This document shows positions 39,101-51,439 of a stretch of DNA of 64,000 nt, piece by piece. A model generated the notes under the pieces. That model did not search any database and had not been told where the DNA came from. It saw only the letters and a program-made list of their open reading frames with translations. This DNA comes from Gordius albopunctatus (lineage: Eukaryota). Position 1 is the first letter of the stretch. Each line of letters starts with the position of its first letter. A program made the translations under genes and the position numbers. Location: positions 3,162,001 through 3,226,000 of the forward strand of contig OZ193909.1 in NCBI GenBank assembly GCA_964276515.1, in the 5' to 3' direction.

Positions 39101-42100
39101 TGTAGCCAGAGGGGGGGGCGGCACAAAGGGGCCGCTGCCCCGCTCTAAATCCAAAATCTCGTTACACTCAATTAAAATTATGGCAAAAATTGCCAAGAGG
39201 GATCATTTTGCCCCTCTTTAAATCATTATTGCCCCCCCTCTAATTCACACCTGGCTAAGTCCATGTTGGCATATTTTATCTTGCAAGAACGCCAAATTAA
39301 GTAACGTAGCATGGATAAACAGCTAATTAGCGCCATAGATTTATATTTATCAGCTTGAAAGTGTTTCAGTTTTTGGTTCAGTAAAAAGCCCCGGCATTTA
39401 CAACTGGAACCAAAATAACAAAATAACTTTCACCTTTCTTTATGTAACTCTTCAAACATTTTCCCTAAAGATTAAAATAATAAAATAAGACTTCATTTCG
39501 CGCGGTATCATTCATCGATTCATATCTCGTTTGCTTCAGGGTCTATTCCGTATGACTGGGAGTACTTCTAAAATCAAGAAATTGCGTTGTGCCCTAGATT
39601 CGGCCTCGCCCGTAGAGATTCAAGAATTCATACAAGACCCCCACGTCATAACGGGTTATTTATTACACTTTATTTTTTGGCCCCCTTTTTCCCACTTCAC
39701 AGCGGTGTTGTGGCTCTTTTTCATTTGAAAAACCGATGACCAGAATCGACCCCCAGTCTCGGTTGAATCAAAAATCGACGACCTAACAAAATTTTTACGC
39801 CACTACTTCACAGCATTTGAAACATTAAATTGATTGTGACCTCGGTGTCTATTTTTCTGTACAAATCACCTCTTGCCACGTGCAGCTGCTATCTCAACAA
39901 GCCCCTGGCAAAAATTTGATCGGTTATTTAGCTAAAGATTCGTTTGTGTAATGGATATTATTTCGGATTCACGCCTACAATTTTCCCACTAATTTATACG
40001 TTGATCGACTAGTAGTTAAGTTTGTACATTGTGAACGCATGAGCTTTGCATCAAGAAGACACACCCTGCAATTTTATGTATTAATTGCTATACGCAATTT
40101 ACGGGCTCGCTTTTGGTTGTCATGTCGGGTCCAACTTGCAATTTTTGCATGATTGCCGGGGCAACTTATAGGGGTTTTTAATGGCTTTGGACTTATGCAT
40201 TTTTGTTTGAAAAATGGACTATCTAAGGACCGCTGGTTGGCTTTAATTTCTCAACATCGCCCGAGCCCAACATCCATGATTACCTTTATATTTCCGTTTA
40301 GTTATTTCATTTTTGAAGGCTTATTAATTAATTTTTTACCGCGTTCGTCGTTTGATAGGAACGCTCAAGCTGTATTTGAGGGAGCTCCCGGAGCCATTGC
40401 TAACCTACAAATTGTACGATGACTGGTCCCAAGCCGCTAAAATGCCCGAAGAAACTGCGCTAAACGTGGAAGATAAAAGGGAAGCTTTCGCCCAAATCCT
40501 AACCAAATTACCCAAACCCAATTACGATAATTTAAAGTAGGAAATATTCCGTAAAAATGAAAAGTATAAAAAAATATATATGGATATATATAGTAAAATT
40601 AGTCTCTAATTAAAATTTCCTATAGATGGCGCTAATAATGGTATACTTTTGAGTTAATTGCGGCACTCCTAAATACAAACCCACAATTTATTAATTTTAA
40701 GTAAACGCTTAAATCAAAAAATCACACTTTTTTTATCAAAAATGCGATATTATTTTATCACGTTTTATAATTTAGTTATTTGATCCAATTCCTGGCAATG
40801 ATCGTGCAGCATTCGGAAGTCAATCTTATGAACAGTTCCAACCTCTCTATAGTCATAGGTCCTAACTTGTTGTGGAAATACGGAGATACCGGGTAAAATT
40901 TGCACTTTTAGCGTTTTTGAAGTGAAATTTGAGCGAATTAAAGTGATGTCGATTTTTAGAATTCAAAGTTTTGCACATTAGGTGACGAATGGGAAATTTC
41001 ATTTTTTCACACAAAATTATGACTTTGTAGATATGTCGATTTTTGACCAAAGCACAATTAGGAAGGTCTTTGGAAATTCGCAGACATGTTTTAACATTGG
41101 GTGAGTTTTAGCTTGGTTATTATAACTTTTAGAAAATTTTTTCGCTTTATCAGACATAACTTTTCCATATAAAATACCTTACGGGTTAATTTTGTCTTAT
41201 TTTACCATACGAATAGAATGGACTTATGCAGTACCAACGTGCAGAACTCTGTGACGGAATATCTCATTGAAAACTGTGATAAACTCTTTACCTCAGGTAA
41301 ATCGCCTCTTTTTATTTTTCTAATTATATATTGTTTTACATTAAATTCTCTATGTTCAGCCATCATTTGGTGTCTTATATCCACTATTTGTAATATTATG
41401 ATTTACCAGCTCAAATTTTATCTATATCCAAGTTTTTCGCAATCGTGTCTTTACCTTTTGATGTTTTTCCGACCTATATTAATCGATATGCTTTTCTAAG
41501 TTAAATTGTTTCAATATATAACTTTAATATCTTATATATCTTAATAGCCCATTGTAAAAAGCAGTAGCGAGGGCAATATTAATCTCATAGTCATAGGTAT
41601 TTTTATCTAAAATATTCAAGGAGACTCTTTATATGTTGATAAAAATGAATTTATTTTGTCGAATGAAAGAAAGTAAAGTCAACCGATAAAACCATAAAAT
41701 TACACCATTACCAATGAATTCTCGCCGATTAATATTAAATTTGAGGGTGTCAACAGCTCCCTAATTATATGATACCTTTTAAAAGTATCTATAAAATATG
41801 TTAGAAATCGATTTTAAAACGTTCGAAAACGTGCAGCAAGCCGCCACGCCCAATTACAAAGAATACGAGGGTCATTTCAGTAGCCTGCCGTGCAAAACGA
41901 AAAAACAGCGGAATGGTTCTACCCACTCCAGCATTCTCATAACCAAAGCAACGAGCGACGAAAATTTGAATTCGACCACCTTTAGCAACGCCCAAAAAAT
42001 AGCCAAAGATAGCATAGGTCAGGCCTCGCCCCGCATTAGCAAATCCATCAACGAAATTAGAAGGTATTTTTCGTTATTCTCTTAACTGAAATAACCCTTT

Positions 42101-44558
42101 CAAACCTATTTCCCCCGTGCAGAAACATTTGGTGTCTATTATCACATCAAGGTATGAATCTGGTGACGTTTAACTTTAGAGCATGTCTTTCATGAAATTG
42201 TCCATTTTAACAGGACTGTAAACTAGCGCACCATAATTAAACTGATGACTCGGCTTTTTAAGGAAATAGAATTAATAAGGCTCCCTACTCGGCTTCTGGA
42301 TTTAATTTTTTGGATGCATATTATTCCGGACTTAACCGAAAGAGGAACGACAAACTGTTTTATCTGTTTTTAGCGATGGAGCCATCTAGTAAAATACTTG
42401 CAACTCGGTCTTTTTTTTATAAAAAGGATCGTATCTATATATATAAAGTAAAGTGTATGTATGTATGTAAGGGCTAAATTCTTAAACTACCCGTCCGATT
42501 CGTGCGAAACTTTACCCGTAGGTTCCCAGGGCGGCCAGGGGTAAAATAGCTTTTTCAGATTCCTAAAATTCCTTTTAGTTTCAAAAAAATATGGGCCTTT
42601 TAGTTTTGAAAAATGGCTTAATTCTGAAACTACCGGCCCGATTCGCGCGAAAATTTAGCCGTAGATGCCCAGGGATCCCAAGGGTAAAATAGCTTTTTCA
42701 GATTCCTAAAATTCCTTTTAGTTTTAAAAATATCGGACATTTCCCGGCCAGTTTAAATTATAGCCGCATATACAATAATGACTTCATACATACAAGGCTG
42801 AAGTTTTCTCGAATTAGATATTTGAAAGTATAATAAAAATGTTACAGTATACGGTCAAAATTATTGGGGTTTAATCAACTATTTAAATTAAATAAATAAA
42901 ATTTAAATTATTATCACGTGGTCGATCATAGAAGAATATTTTTAATAATTATCCATCCTTTAATTAATTATTTTATTATATTAAAGAAAATTGTATTTCA
43001 AATAAATCAGCTAACTAGAAAAATAAAATAATGGTATTATTGTATAATAAGTAACAGCATTGATCAGCAATTTTTTCAAAAACATTTAATTTTAATCGGA
43101 TTTGATGACTAAAACAGAATTCGCATTTGGTTTGTCTTATTATATATACTAAAAATAGTGGGTTCATGAAATCAATGACGTGATAAAATCCGTGCTCTAA
43201 ATAAATATTATGAATATTTTATTTATTTGAATTATTATTATTTCATATATGACCCATTTTAGATAAGTAGTCTTATTAATAGGTTATACTTATCTAACCA
43301 CTTAAGGACTGAGCCAAAGCAACGCTTGGCCGGGCACAGCTAGTTTCTTATATAAAGCGAAGTGGTGCTTGTTAGCCTTTTCGATTTTTAACACCATAAT
43401 CTTTTAAATTGTGTTTGCTCGTTCATTAGGCAGGACGACGAGAGGCCCTTTTCACCAAAATCTTCTCCTGCGGACGATAGTAACGGCGTATGGAAGAAAG
43501 GTGTGGCACCTCCTAGCTGCAGCAACACTTCGCTATTCCTGCCCCATCGCTACGCGGTTATGGACGAGCGGGGCGGTCCTGGTTGTGAACACGTGTACAC
43601 TTCCCCCTTCCCCAAACACCAAGAAAACACCAAAATGCCCCATGACGACCATAAAGAGTTTTCACACACCCCCAAAATGGCTTTGTCTAACAGGGAAATT
43701 AATAAAAATTTAGGTCGCATGGAAAAATTCCCCCCACTCCCACCCCTACCCCCGCCCGAAAAGTTAATGTTGGCCAAGCGTAAAAATGAGCTTCGCCCGG
43801 CTCCGCTACAATACCAACAAAGGCAATCTTTGGTAGCCTGCGGTCCCGAGCCGGATAACAAACTCTTAGCTAGTAGTCATCATAATCGTTCCGTTAAAAA
43901 TATTATTTTGCCACTTCCCGCTCGTCTTCTAGATGACCCGACCACTAATGGCAGTAGTAGTCCGGCGGTTAAACCGAAAATTCTCGGCACCAAACCCAAA
44001 ACCGTGAGCGCAGCTTTAAACGGGACGCTCGTGACGTCTTTGAGTAGTTTAGAGGAAAGCTCTAACCCGGGCCGAGAAGCTCGCGCGAATCTTAAGTTAG
44101 TAACTGCGCCCCATAGTCAACCCGTAAGACCGCCGAGAAAATTGATGACCCCCTTGCCCGACCCCCAGAAATTTAGCGGCGGGGTGGCTATTAATAATCA
44201 AAACCACCCCCCTACAGAGCACCACAACGGTCTCTTGACCCACTCATCCATTTGCCCCTTGGCTCGAATAGAAGACGATTGCGGTAGCGACGGGGACGAG
44301 CCTAGCCCTCGCCGCGACCACGATGCAAAAGTCATCGTCGATAAAACGATGAGTCAAAGTATGACTTTAGAAACAGGAGGCGGCGTTCCCTTAACCAAAA
44401 TCGCTAATCGTAGTGGTCCGGGGAATGGTCTAGAACCTGAGACTAACGAATTACCCGATGAAAGACAATGCCAAGGTGACGACGACCAAAGGGATAATAA
44501 ATCAAAACCACCCTCTTTACCCCCGCCACCCAAGCTGAAAACGGCCAAACCTTTTTAA
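30152..44558 (+). CDS. ARHGAP17/44-like: BAR-domain Rho GTPase-activating protein, ARHGAP17/ARHGAP44 (RICH)/SH3BP1 family, 912 aa
   Basis: 15 phase-consistent exons: 30152-30204, 30317-30458, 36502-36578, 37004-37115, 37608-37684, 37862-37982, 38387-38455, 38750-38831, 38953-39080, 39540-39654, 40359-40536, 40776-40892, 41217-41296, 41805-42063, 43430-44558 (2739 nt). N-terminus MKKQFFRVKQLADQTVGRAEKTEVLSEDLL is the RICH-family signature. RhoGAP motifs are intact: KPAFGCPL, GLFRMTG (arginine finger), LKLYLRELPEPLLT, NLMNSSNLSIVIGPNLLW. The C-terminal tail is proline-rich. Confidence 0.95.
33338..33635. mobile_element. MITE family C (TIR GGGCTTGTCTTAATATCG-like)
   Basis: Imperfect inverted ends TAGGGCTTGTGTCTTCTTAATATCGGA and TCCGATATTATTAAGACAAGCCCCTA; its right ~165 bp recur inverted at ~58955-59120. 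Confidence 0.65.
39095..39265. mobile_element. MITE family B copy just after RhoGAP exon 9
   Basis: CATGGGTGTAGCCAG...CTGGCTAAGTCCATG termini and the family core. Confidence 0.85.
42434..43343 (+). mobile_element. Non-autonomous Helitron in the last RhoGAP intron
   Basis: A^TC start followed by TA/GTAT repeats, an internal ~145-bp tandem duplication (about 42475-42590 and 42620-42730), 3' hairpin GCCAA..TTGGC, then CTAG^T. Confidence 0.8.
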
Positions 44559-45535
44559 TACGCTAAGCTCGTTTCAAACCGTTACAAAAGCAATTTATTT
44601 ATTAATTATTTAGACAGGAAATCTCTCGGTTACTATGTGATGAATCCCCCATAACTAACTCGTGTTCCCGTAATTATACCATTTAGGATTCGCTTTTTAC
44701 ACTTTTATTTGCTCGCTGAGCGTCATACCAAAAACGGCTGGAAGGTTTTTTGAGAAGGAATTAATAATGTGTCACCATCAACATTCCCGATCGATGTAAT
44801 AAGTTAATTTTTCGGTGATTTTCTTCGCGCGTGGAAATACAGTGCTGCTCATACGTTGCAATAATTAACGCGTCGTTTAGACTTTTTCCCCCGATCTTAT
44901 AGCTATGCCCCAAAAATGTATGCCGCTTTTAAACTTTTTCAAAACGATTTTAAAATCACTCCAAATTTATGTAATTATGCTTAATAAGTACCCGCGTGTA
45001 TGTACATAATTAATATATATTATCATTGTCGTAATGTCCTATTTATTGATCTGAACAAAATTGTGATCATATACATATATTTATTGAATCGCTATTAGTG
45101 TACATATTCTGGCGCTCAATTAACTGTCAACCAAAACCTGTCATATTAATGTAAGTTACAAGCTTGTATATTTTATTCCAAAGTTACATGACTGCGATAT
45201 GTGAAAGCATGCATAGCACGATGATTACTCTTAAATCTAAGCCCTTTTCGGAAAATGGTATTTCATCATTTTAAAAAAGATGTGATTGTTATTAGTTTAA
45301 GCGACACGATTGTAAATATTGAAGAGGCAGCAGCTCCTCCTTTAAGGTTTTTCTGTGGACACCAATTGCAATGGCGTTTTATAAACAACCTCGAACTAAA
45401 TCATATTTTTTCATTAATTTAAGGCAACAAATTGGAAATAAAAGAAATATTTTCAAATATACTATTAAATAATGAGCTTTAAAAGTAACCATAACTGCTT
45501 TGAAAAAGTGAAGTTCAAAATATGTCATTATAGAA

Positions 45536-46234
45536 TAGAGCTGTTAAAGGAATTAGTTCCTTGGAACTAGTTCCTTTAAAAAAAAGGAACTAATAAGTTC
45601 CTTTTTTTCCTCAATTTATCGCAAAAGGAACTACTTACAAGTTCCTTTTGCATTAAAAATTTTTAAATTAATTTATATTTTAAATTTTATTTAGTATTTT
45701 ATTCACGGTAGTGTTTGTTAAATAAGTTTTTCGATTTATGGTAATTTATATAAAGTTCATTTCTTTTAATTGGTTTTTAATTTTTTATCCTATTCCTAGT
45801 AATGGTAAGTTTATAAATATATAATCTTTTGATTTTAGATATGAGTGAGAGTGAGCTTTCTAATAACCGAAATTTAAGTCTTTTAGACAGTTTTCCCAAT
45901 TAAAAAACTATTTATTAAATATAATACGCCATTTTATTTAGCTTGGGCAAAGTTTTATTTGGAGACAAGCGAACATGTATTTTAGATGACAACCTTGAAA
46001 ATAATATTTTGTTAAAATCAAATAAACATTTATTACCTGATGATTTTTATAAATTGTAATATATAATATATTGGTTTTATGAATTAATAAATGATGTTTG
46101 TACATTAAAAAAAAATTAAAAAAGGAACAGGAACTAGTTCCTTTTTAAAATGAAGAACTGGAATTAGTTCCATTTTAGGCAAAGGAACTGGAACTTGACA
46201 AGTTCCTATTTAAAAGGAACTTTTAACAGCTCTA
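45536..46234 (+). mobile_element. Internally deleted hAT DNA transposon (699 bp)
   Basis: TIR TAGAGCTGTTAAA; subterminal GGAAC/GTTCC repeats; 8-bp TSD TTATAGAA (45528-45535 and 46235-46242); decayed transposase C-terminus at ~45880-46030 (LDSFP.IKKL/FIKYNTP...KRTCILDDNLENNILLKSN). Confidence 0.88.
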
Positions 46235-46294
46235 TTATAGAAATAGTTTTTCCCAAAATACCTTGTAATTTCTAAAATAAAAGAAAACCCTTTA

Positions 46295-47189
46295 CCTTAT
46301 ATATAAAAATGAAACTATGTATGTTTGTATGTGTCCCCCACAAATTTTGGAGAACTACCAGACCTATTTGGCTCAAATTTTCACAGTTTATTCCTCACAC
46401 TCCGGAGCATGTTTTAAGATATGTTCGAGCCAAATCGGTCCAGTAGTTTTCGAGATATTTTGTTTTATACGTTTTGACGTTAAAATGTCAATCAAACGCA
46501 ACCTCATCGTGTTCTTTGAAAATTTGAATATATACAGTTCTTTAGTAAAAGTATATCACTTATAGTATTTTCTAAAACGTCATCTTTTTTTAACGGTGAC
46601 AACATAAAAATTATCAATTAAACTTGAAATAAATAAAATTTCTTTCTAATTGGATTTTATGGAAAATTTTTACGATTTGAAACATTAAATCAAAGTCATT
46701 TTTTTGCTTATTTTTCACCTCAATTATTATTATTATATAACGGTCGTGTCCCCTCCTGCGTGGCTAAATAAATTAAAAAATATAATTTTGTCATTTTTTG
46801 CGCTTTAAATAAGGAGAAAAATGAAAATACTTTCAACAAAGTGCCAATAAATGTTGATATATCTCAGTTCTTCGGACATTATTAAGTTCAGAATTAAAAG
46901 TTTCATTCAGAAACAAATAATTATGATATTGATTCTTAATTACAAAAAAATATATATATAATTGCTTCAAGGGCCAGGGGGTAAAATATTTTTCCTTTGG
47001 GGGGGGGGGGCATGGGACCAGGTTTTCTCTCTTGGGTAGGCTTTGGACCCTCTTTAAATATTTGTTTAAAAATTATCAAACTTTATTTTTACTTTGATAA
47101 CCGCTTTATCATCATATATGCCCTAAAATTCCAACATAATTTAATACACCCGGGTAAATGGCAAAACAACGTTTGCCGGGTTCATCTAG
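46295..47189 (+). mobile_element. Non-autonomous Helitron, same family as 20034-21048
   Basis: Shares the ~150-bp 5' block and ~110-bp 3' block ending GGCAAAACAACGTTTGCCGGGTTCATCTAG-T; 5' dinucleotide is CC instead of TC. Confidence 0.85.
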
Positions 47190-49808
47190 TTATATATAAA
47201 ATGTAAAAAAATTATTCGTTTAAAAAGCTGTAATTTTTGACCAAATAATTTTGTAGGATGCAGATAATCATCCGATATTTGAACTTTTTTATAGCCTTCC
47301 ATTTTATATACCCGTATAATAAAATATTAAAATTAAAAAAGATATGTTTGCTGGGTTCGGGTTATCTAAAAAAATCAAAATTTTAACAACATTGTCAATT
47401 TAAGGAAAGATTAATTATAAAAAGGAAACCTAATATATGATCTTAATCTGCTGACATATTGATAGGTTTTAACGCCGCAAATTTTAAAGTCTTAATGTAT
47501 GACCATATGTATTGATAATAATCAATTAAGTATTCTACAAAGCTGCCAAATGGCAAAAAAAACTCGGTCGAACAAACTCTTTTACCGCTAAATTATGCGT
47601 TTGATCTCGTCCTGGGAACAACCTTTTTGTTGATACAATATAAATTCGTCGAATATTTTTTTTTAAAAAGCCTGGTTCAAAACGTTTTAAGTTTAAAACT
47701 TCAGGCATCACCTATCGAATTGTGTGAAATCAATTCAATTATACACGGCAGCCAAGATTTTTCTTTGTAATTTTGACATTTCTAAAATATAATTATTTCT
47801 TCTAGATAACTTTGAAGACTTTTTACCAACCCTTTCATGATTATCAATTTAAGTTGTTGCAAATAATAATAACCTAATCAACGAGCGCATAAGCAACACT
47901 AAATTCCTACGGGATGATAAATGATTGATATATTCCTTATAATGCCAAGATTAATAATGTATGCAATTTATTAACTCCACTACAAGACAAGAAGATACCT
48001 TATTTTTACCTATATTTGATCTTGAAGAGGGGGGGGGGTTTTAACATACGATTCTCATACTTGGTATAAATTATATTGTCGATCATATAGGGCAAGTCTT
48101 GTTATTGAGGCTAAAAATCTTTATTTTTATTATAATATTATAAAATTGATACTATACGTTTCAAACTATCTTATTTCAAACTGTCCTTTCAAAAGGTATT
48201 TTTAATAAATATTGGTTATATGATTTATTTAACCCCTTAGCCATTTTTGAAATAATTAATTCCCTAAGTAATAATTTGAAACTTCGCATAAATTTTTTAT
48301 GATATACAAATTATGTTTTTTAAACTTTATTTTATTTAAACTAGATGTTTTTAATCGTATTTATCATACAAATTAATTTCCCCTCTTTTTTAGTTATACC
48401 TACTTTTATATCCTCCTCTTCAAAATTCAGGATAAATTAATATGTTATTTATTAATTTTAACTGCTAGCACTTCCCAAATTTTTTACCAAAAATTTATAT
48501 ACGAGTATAACATTTTAATTAATTTGTAGCAGTCATTTTTCATCGATAATAATATTAAAGTCGTACACTAAACAAACCATTAGCAAGAAAACTATTTCCA
48601 TTCTATAACTTTTTTTAAAAAAATATCTTTAAAAAGTCAAAATTTTTGACCACATCTTTAGTTTTGTGGCTAGATTAAAAATATGTGCTTAAATAAAATA
48701 ATAAATCAGACATTAAAATTGAAAGCTATTTTGAATTATATTAAAATAAAGGATTTTCCCAGTTTTTAATTAATCTATAGTAAATTTCTATCTTCATCTC
48801 CTTAAATTATAATTCAATTATTGCTTTAATTATTGTGTCCCATGTTATACCTGTGACACTTCATTAAAGTTTGAGATTTAATATGTAGACAATTAAACAT
48901 ATTGGTGCGATCAGTTTATAAATTATTTTTCTGCTAATTGCCAAATAACATAAATTTAAATTATTTAAAAAAATCAATTTTAATTTTTTTTTTAAATATA
49001 GATAACCTTAATATTTAACTTGTTTCAATAAATTACTGTGACACGTTGCATGGGCCCAGCCAGCATTGGAGTTAGAGGGGGGGGGGGCAATAATGATTTA
49101 GGTTCTAGCCAGAATTTTGATAAATTTCAACAAATTTTTGAATTTAGAGGGGGCAGCGGCTCCTCCCTGCCCCTTCCCCCTTGGCTAAGCCCATTCCAAG
49201 GTGTCATTCTTTATGAATACTAATTTAACTATTATCAAGCAAAACAACAAATAAATTGAGCTTAAATATATGTTAATATAGGTCGTTTGACCACATGGTT
49301 TTGGCGACAAGTCCACCATTTATTTAAACTATATCTAAAGTCATATTCAAAATTTGGCCATCGAGTCGCGAAAAAAATAACAATTCAAGTTTTGAGAATG
49401 CTTAATTTCACATTGTTGCATCATAACATCCCGCTTCGTACAACCGCAAATATTTTTGTCAATGCAGACTTTTCCCAGTATTTTGCATATTTAAAAATGA
49501 TGCAATGTCTTTAATAGTGGGGACTGGGGACTATAACATAGTCTTTAAAGATGCTTTACATAATTATAAAGTCAACGTACTTGCTACCCGGGGCCCATGA
49601 CCACCGGTATTATTAAAAACATCAGGGTGGTATATATTTATATGTTTTAAAGGTATGCAAATTTTGGAAAAAAATATTTTTTAGCCCACTTTAAGTAAAG
49701 AATCGTGATTCGGTAAAGATATACAATCCACAAATTTCATCCAACCCACAGACAGAATACCACTGAAGGTTTATTGAGTTTTTATATAAATATAATGTTC
49801 CTTGCTTG

Positions 49809-49950
49809 CATAGAGGGGCGGCGATAATGATTTAGGGAGAGGCAAAATCATCATTTTTTGAAATTTTAGCCATGATTTTAATAAATTTCAATAATTTTTT
49901 TGGATATAGAGGGGCACCCACCCCTCCCTGCCCCCTTGGCTACGCCCATG
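49809..49950. mobile_element. MITE family B copy with 8-bp TSD
   Basis: TSD CTTGCTTG (49801-49808 and 49951-49958); right end TGGCTACGCCCATG. Confidence 0.85.
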
Positions 49951-50531
49951 CTTGCTTGAACCATTAAATGGAGGTTTGAGACCTTACCCCCAAGCTTTAA
50001 ATTTTGTTGAAAAATTGTATCAATTGTATCAATTGTAAAATGTTAGATAATAAAATTTATTTTATAGTGATATATGCGCGACTAGTTGTTAGTGTTTAAA
50101 AAATTTGCATTTCACACTTTAATTATCCTTTAATCTGTCTTTACCTGCTGAAGTCATATGATAAAAATTCCGGCCCGTGCCCCCCTCAGTCCTTCTGAGT
50201 CTCCTTCCGATCATGCCCTTGTCTTTAGAGCTATTGAACTCCGGTCCAAATTATTGTATTTCTTGGTCTAGCCTCATTTGAATTGTAAACAAATAATTGA
50301 GCCATTTATAATAACTGAGCACAATTTTAAATTAGATTAATTGAACCCAAAATAGCAATATTTTTGTAATTTAATGTTAAAATAAGAGATTTTTAAGACT
50401 ATTGAAAACAATAAGGAGGCAATATAAAATATTAAAAATAAAGAATGTGAAAAATGTAATTTGATTGCCGAAAAGATGATAATAATAATTTACATTTAAA
50501 ATCCTCTCTCAACGAATTATATAGTTGACAC

Positions 50532-50733
50532 TAGAGTTGTTAAATTTTTAACTTTCTTCAACTCCAGCCACAATCTGCTCGAGTTTCTGCTCGGTCCTCG
50601 AGCATTTTTATATGCTACTGCTCTACCTAGTGCACCAAAAGCGAGCACATATTGTGCTAACGCGCATATTAAGCAACTCAGTGTGCGTGCTCGCGTCTGG
50701 AGTTTGAAGAAAGTTAGCAATTTAACAACTCTA
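50532..50733. mobile_element. hAT-type MITE family A, second copy
   Basis: Same TIRs and interior as 10303-10505; 8-bp TSD GTTGACAC (50524-50531 and 50734-50741). Confidence 0.92.
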
Positions 50734-51439
50734 GTTGACACTTTTATTAACCTAGTTAAACCACTGATTTTTCATTTTTTTCTCTTTCGATAAGAGCAGT
50801 ACTGAGAGTGTATATTTAAGATCACAAGAAAACAAAAATGTTTAGATATATAAATAGCATAAAGCTTGAATCTTTTTAAGTTGTTTCCGGGCCCGCCTAA
50901 AATGTACCGGGTGCTCTGGGCGGCCAGCCGGGACGAGCTTTTTGGTCACTTATCTTCGCATCAAAATCTTTAAAAGACGACGCTGTCTGTGTGCTCTAAT
51001 ATTACATGACATTATTTAAATGTGGCTAGTTATATAAAAACGAAAAAGTAAAAAAATACAATTTTTAAAATTTATTATTAATATTATTATTGTATTTCAT
51101 GATAGATAAAATGGTAGTATTAACAACATCTAACTAAATTCTTGCTAAACCACAAACATATTTATATTTTTACATAGCCAGCATTCAAATTAAAGGGGGG
51201 CAATAAATAACGATTTAGTGAGGTGCTAAATGAGTATTTTTGAAATTTTAGCCATAATTTTAATATATTTTAAAAAATTATTAGATTTAAATGGGGACAG
51301 CCGCCCTCCCTGCCCCCCCCCCCTTCTTCGCAACCCCCATGTTCATACAAAAATTTTCATTATTCCAACCATACCAACTATTGTCTTTTATGAATTATTA
51401 CTTATTTTAACATTGTAGAACACTGAGCATTAGTAGAAG

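Noticed and set aside
43411..44548. Overlapping ORFs 43411 (+), 43550 (-), 44354 (-)
   Set aside because: Alternative-frame or antisense shadows of the last RhoGAP exon.
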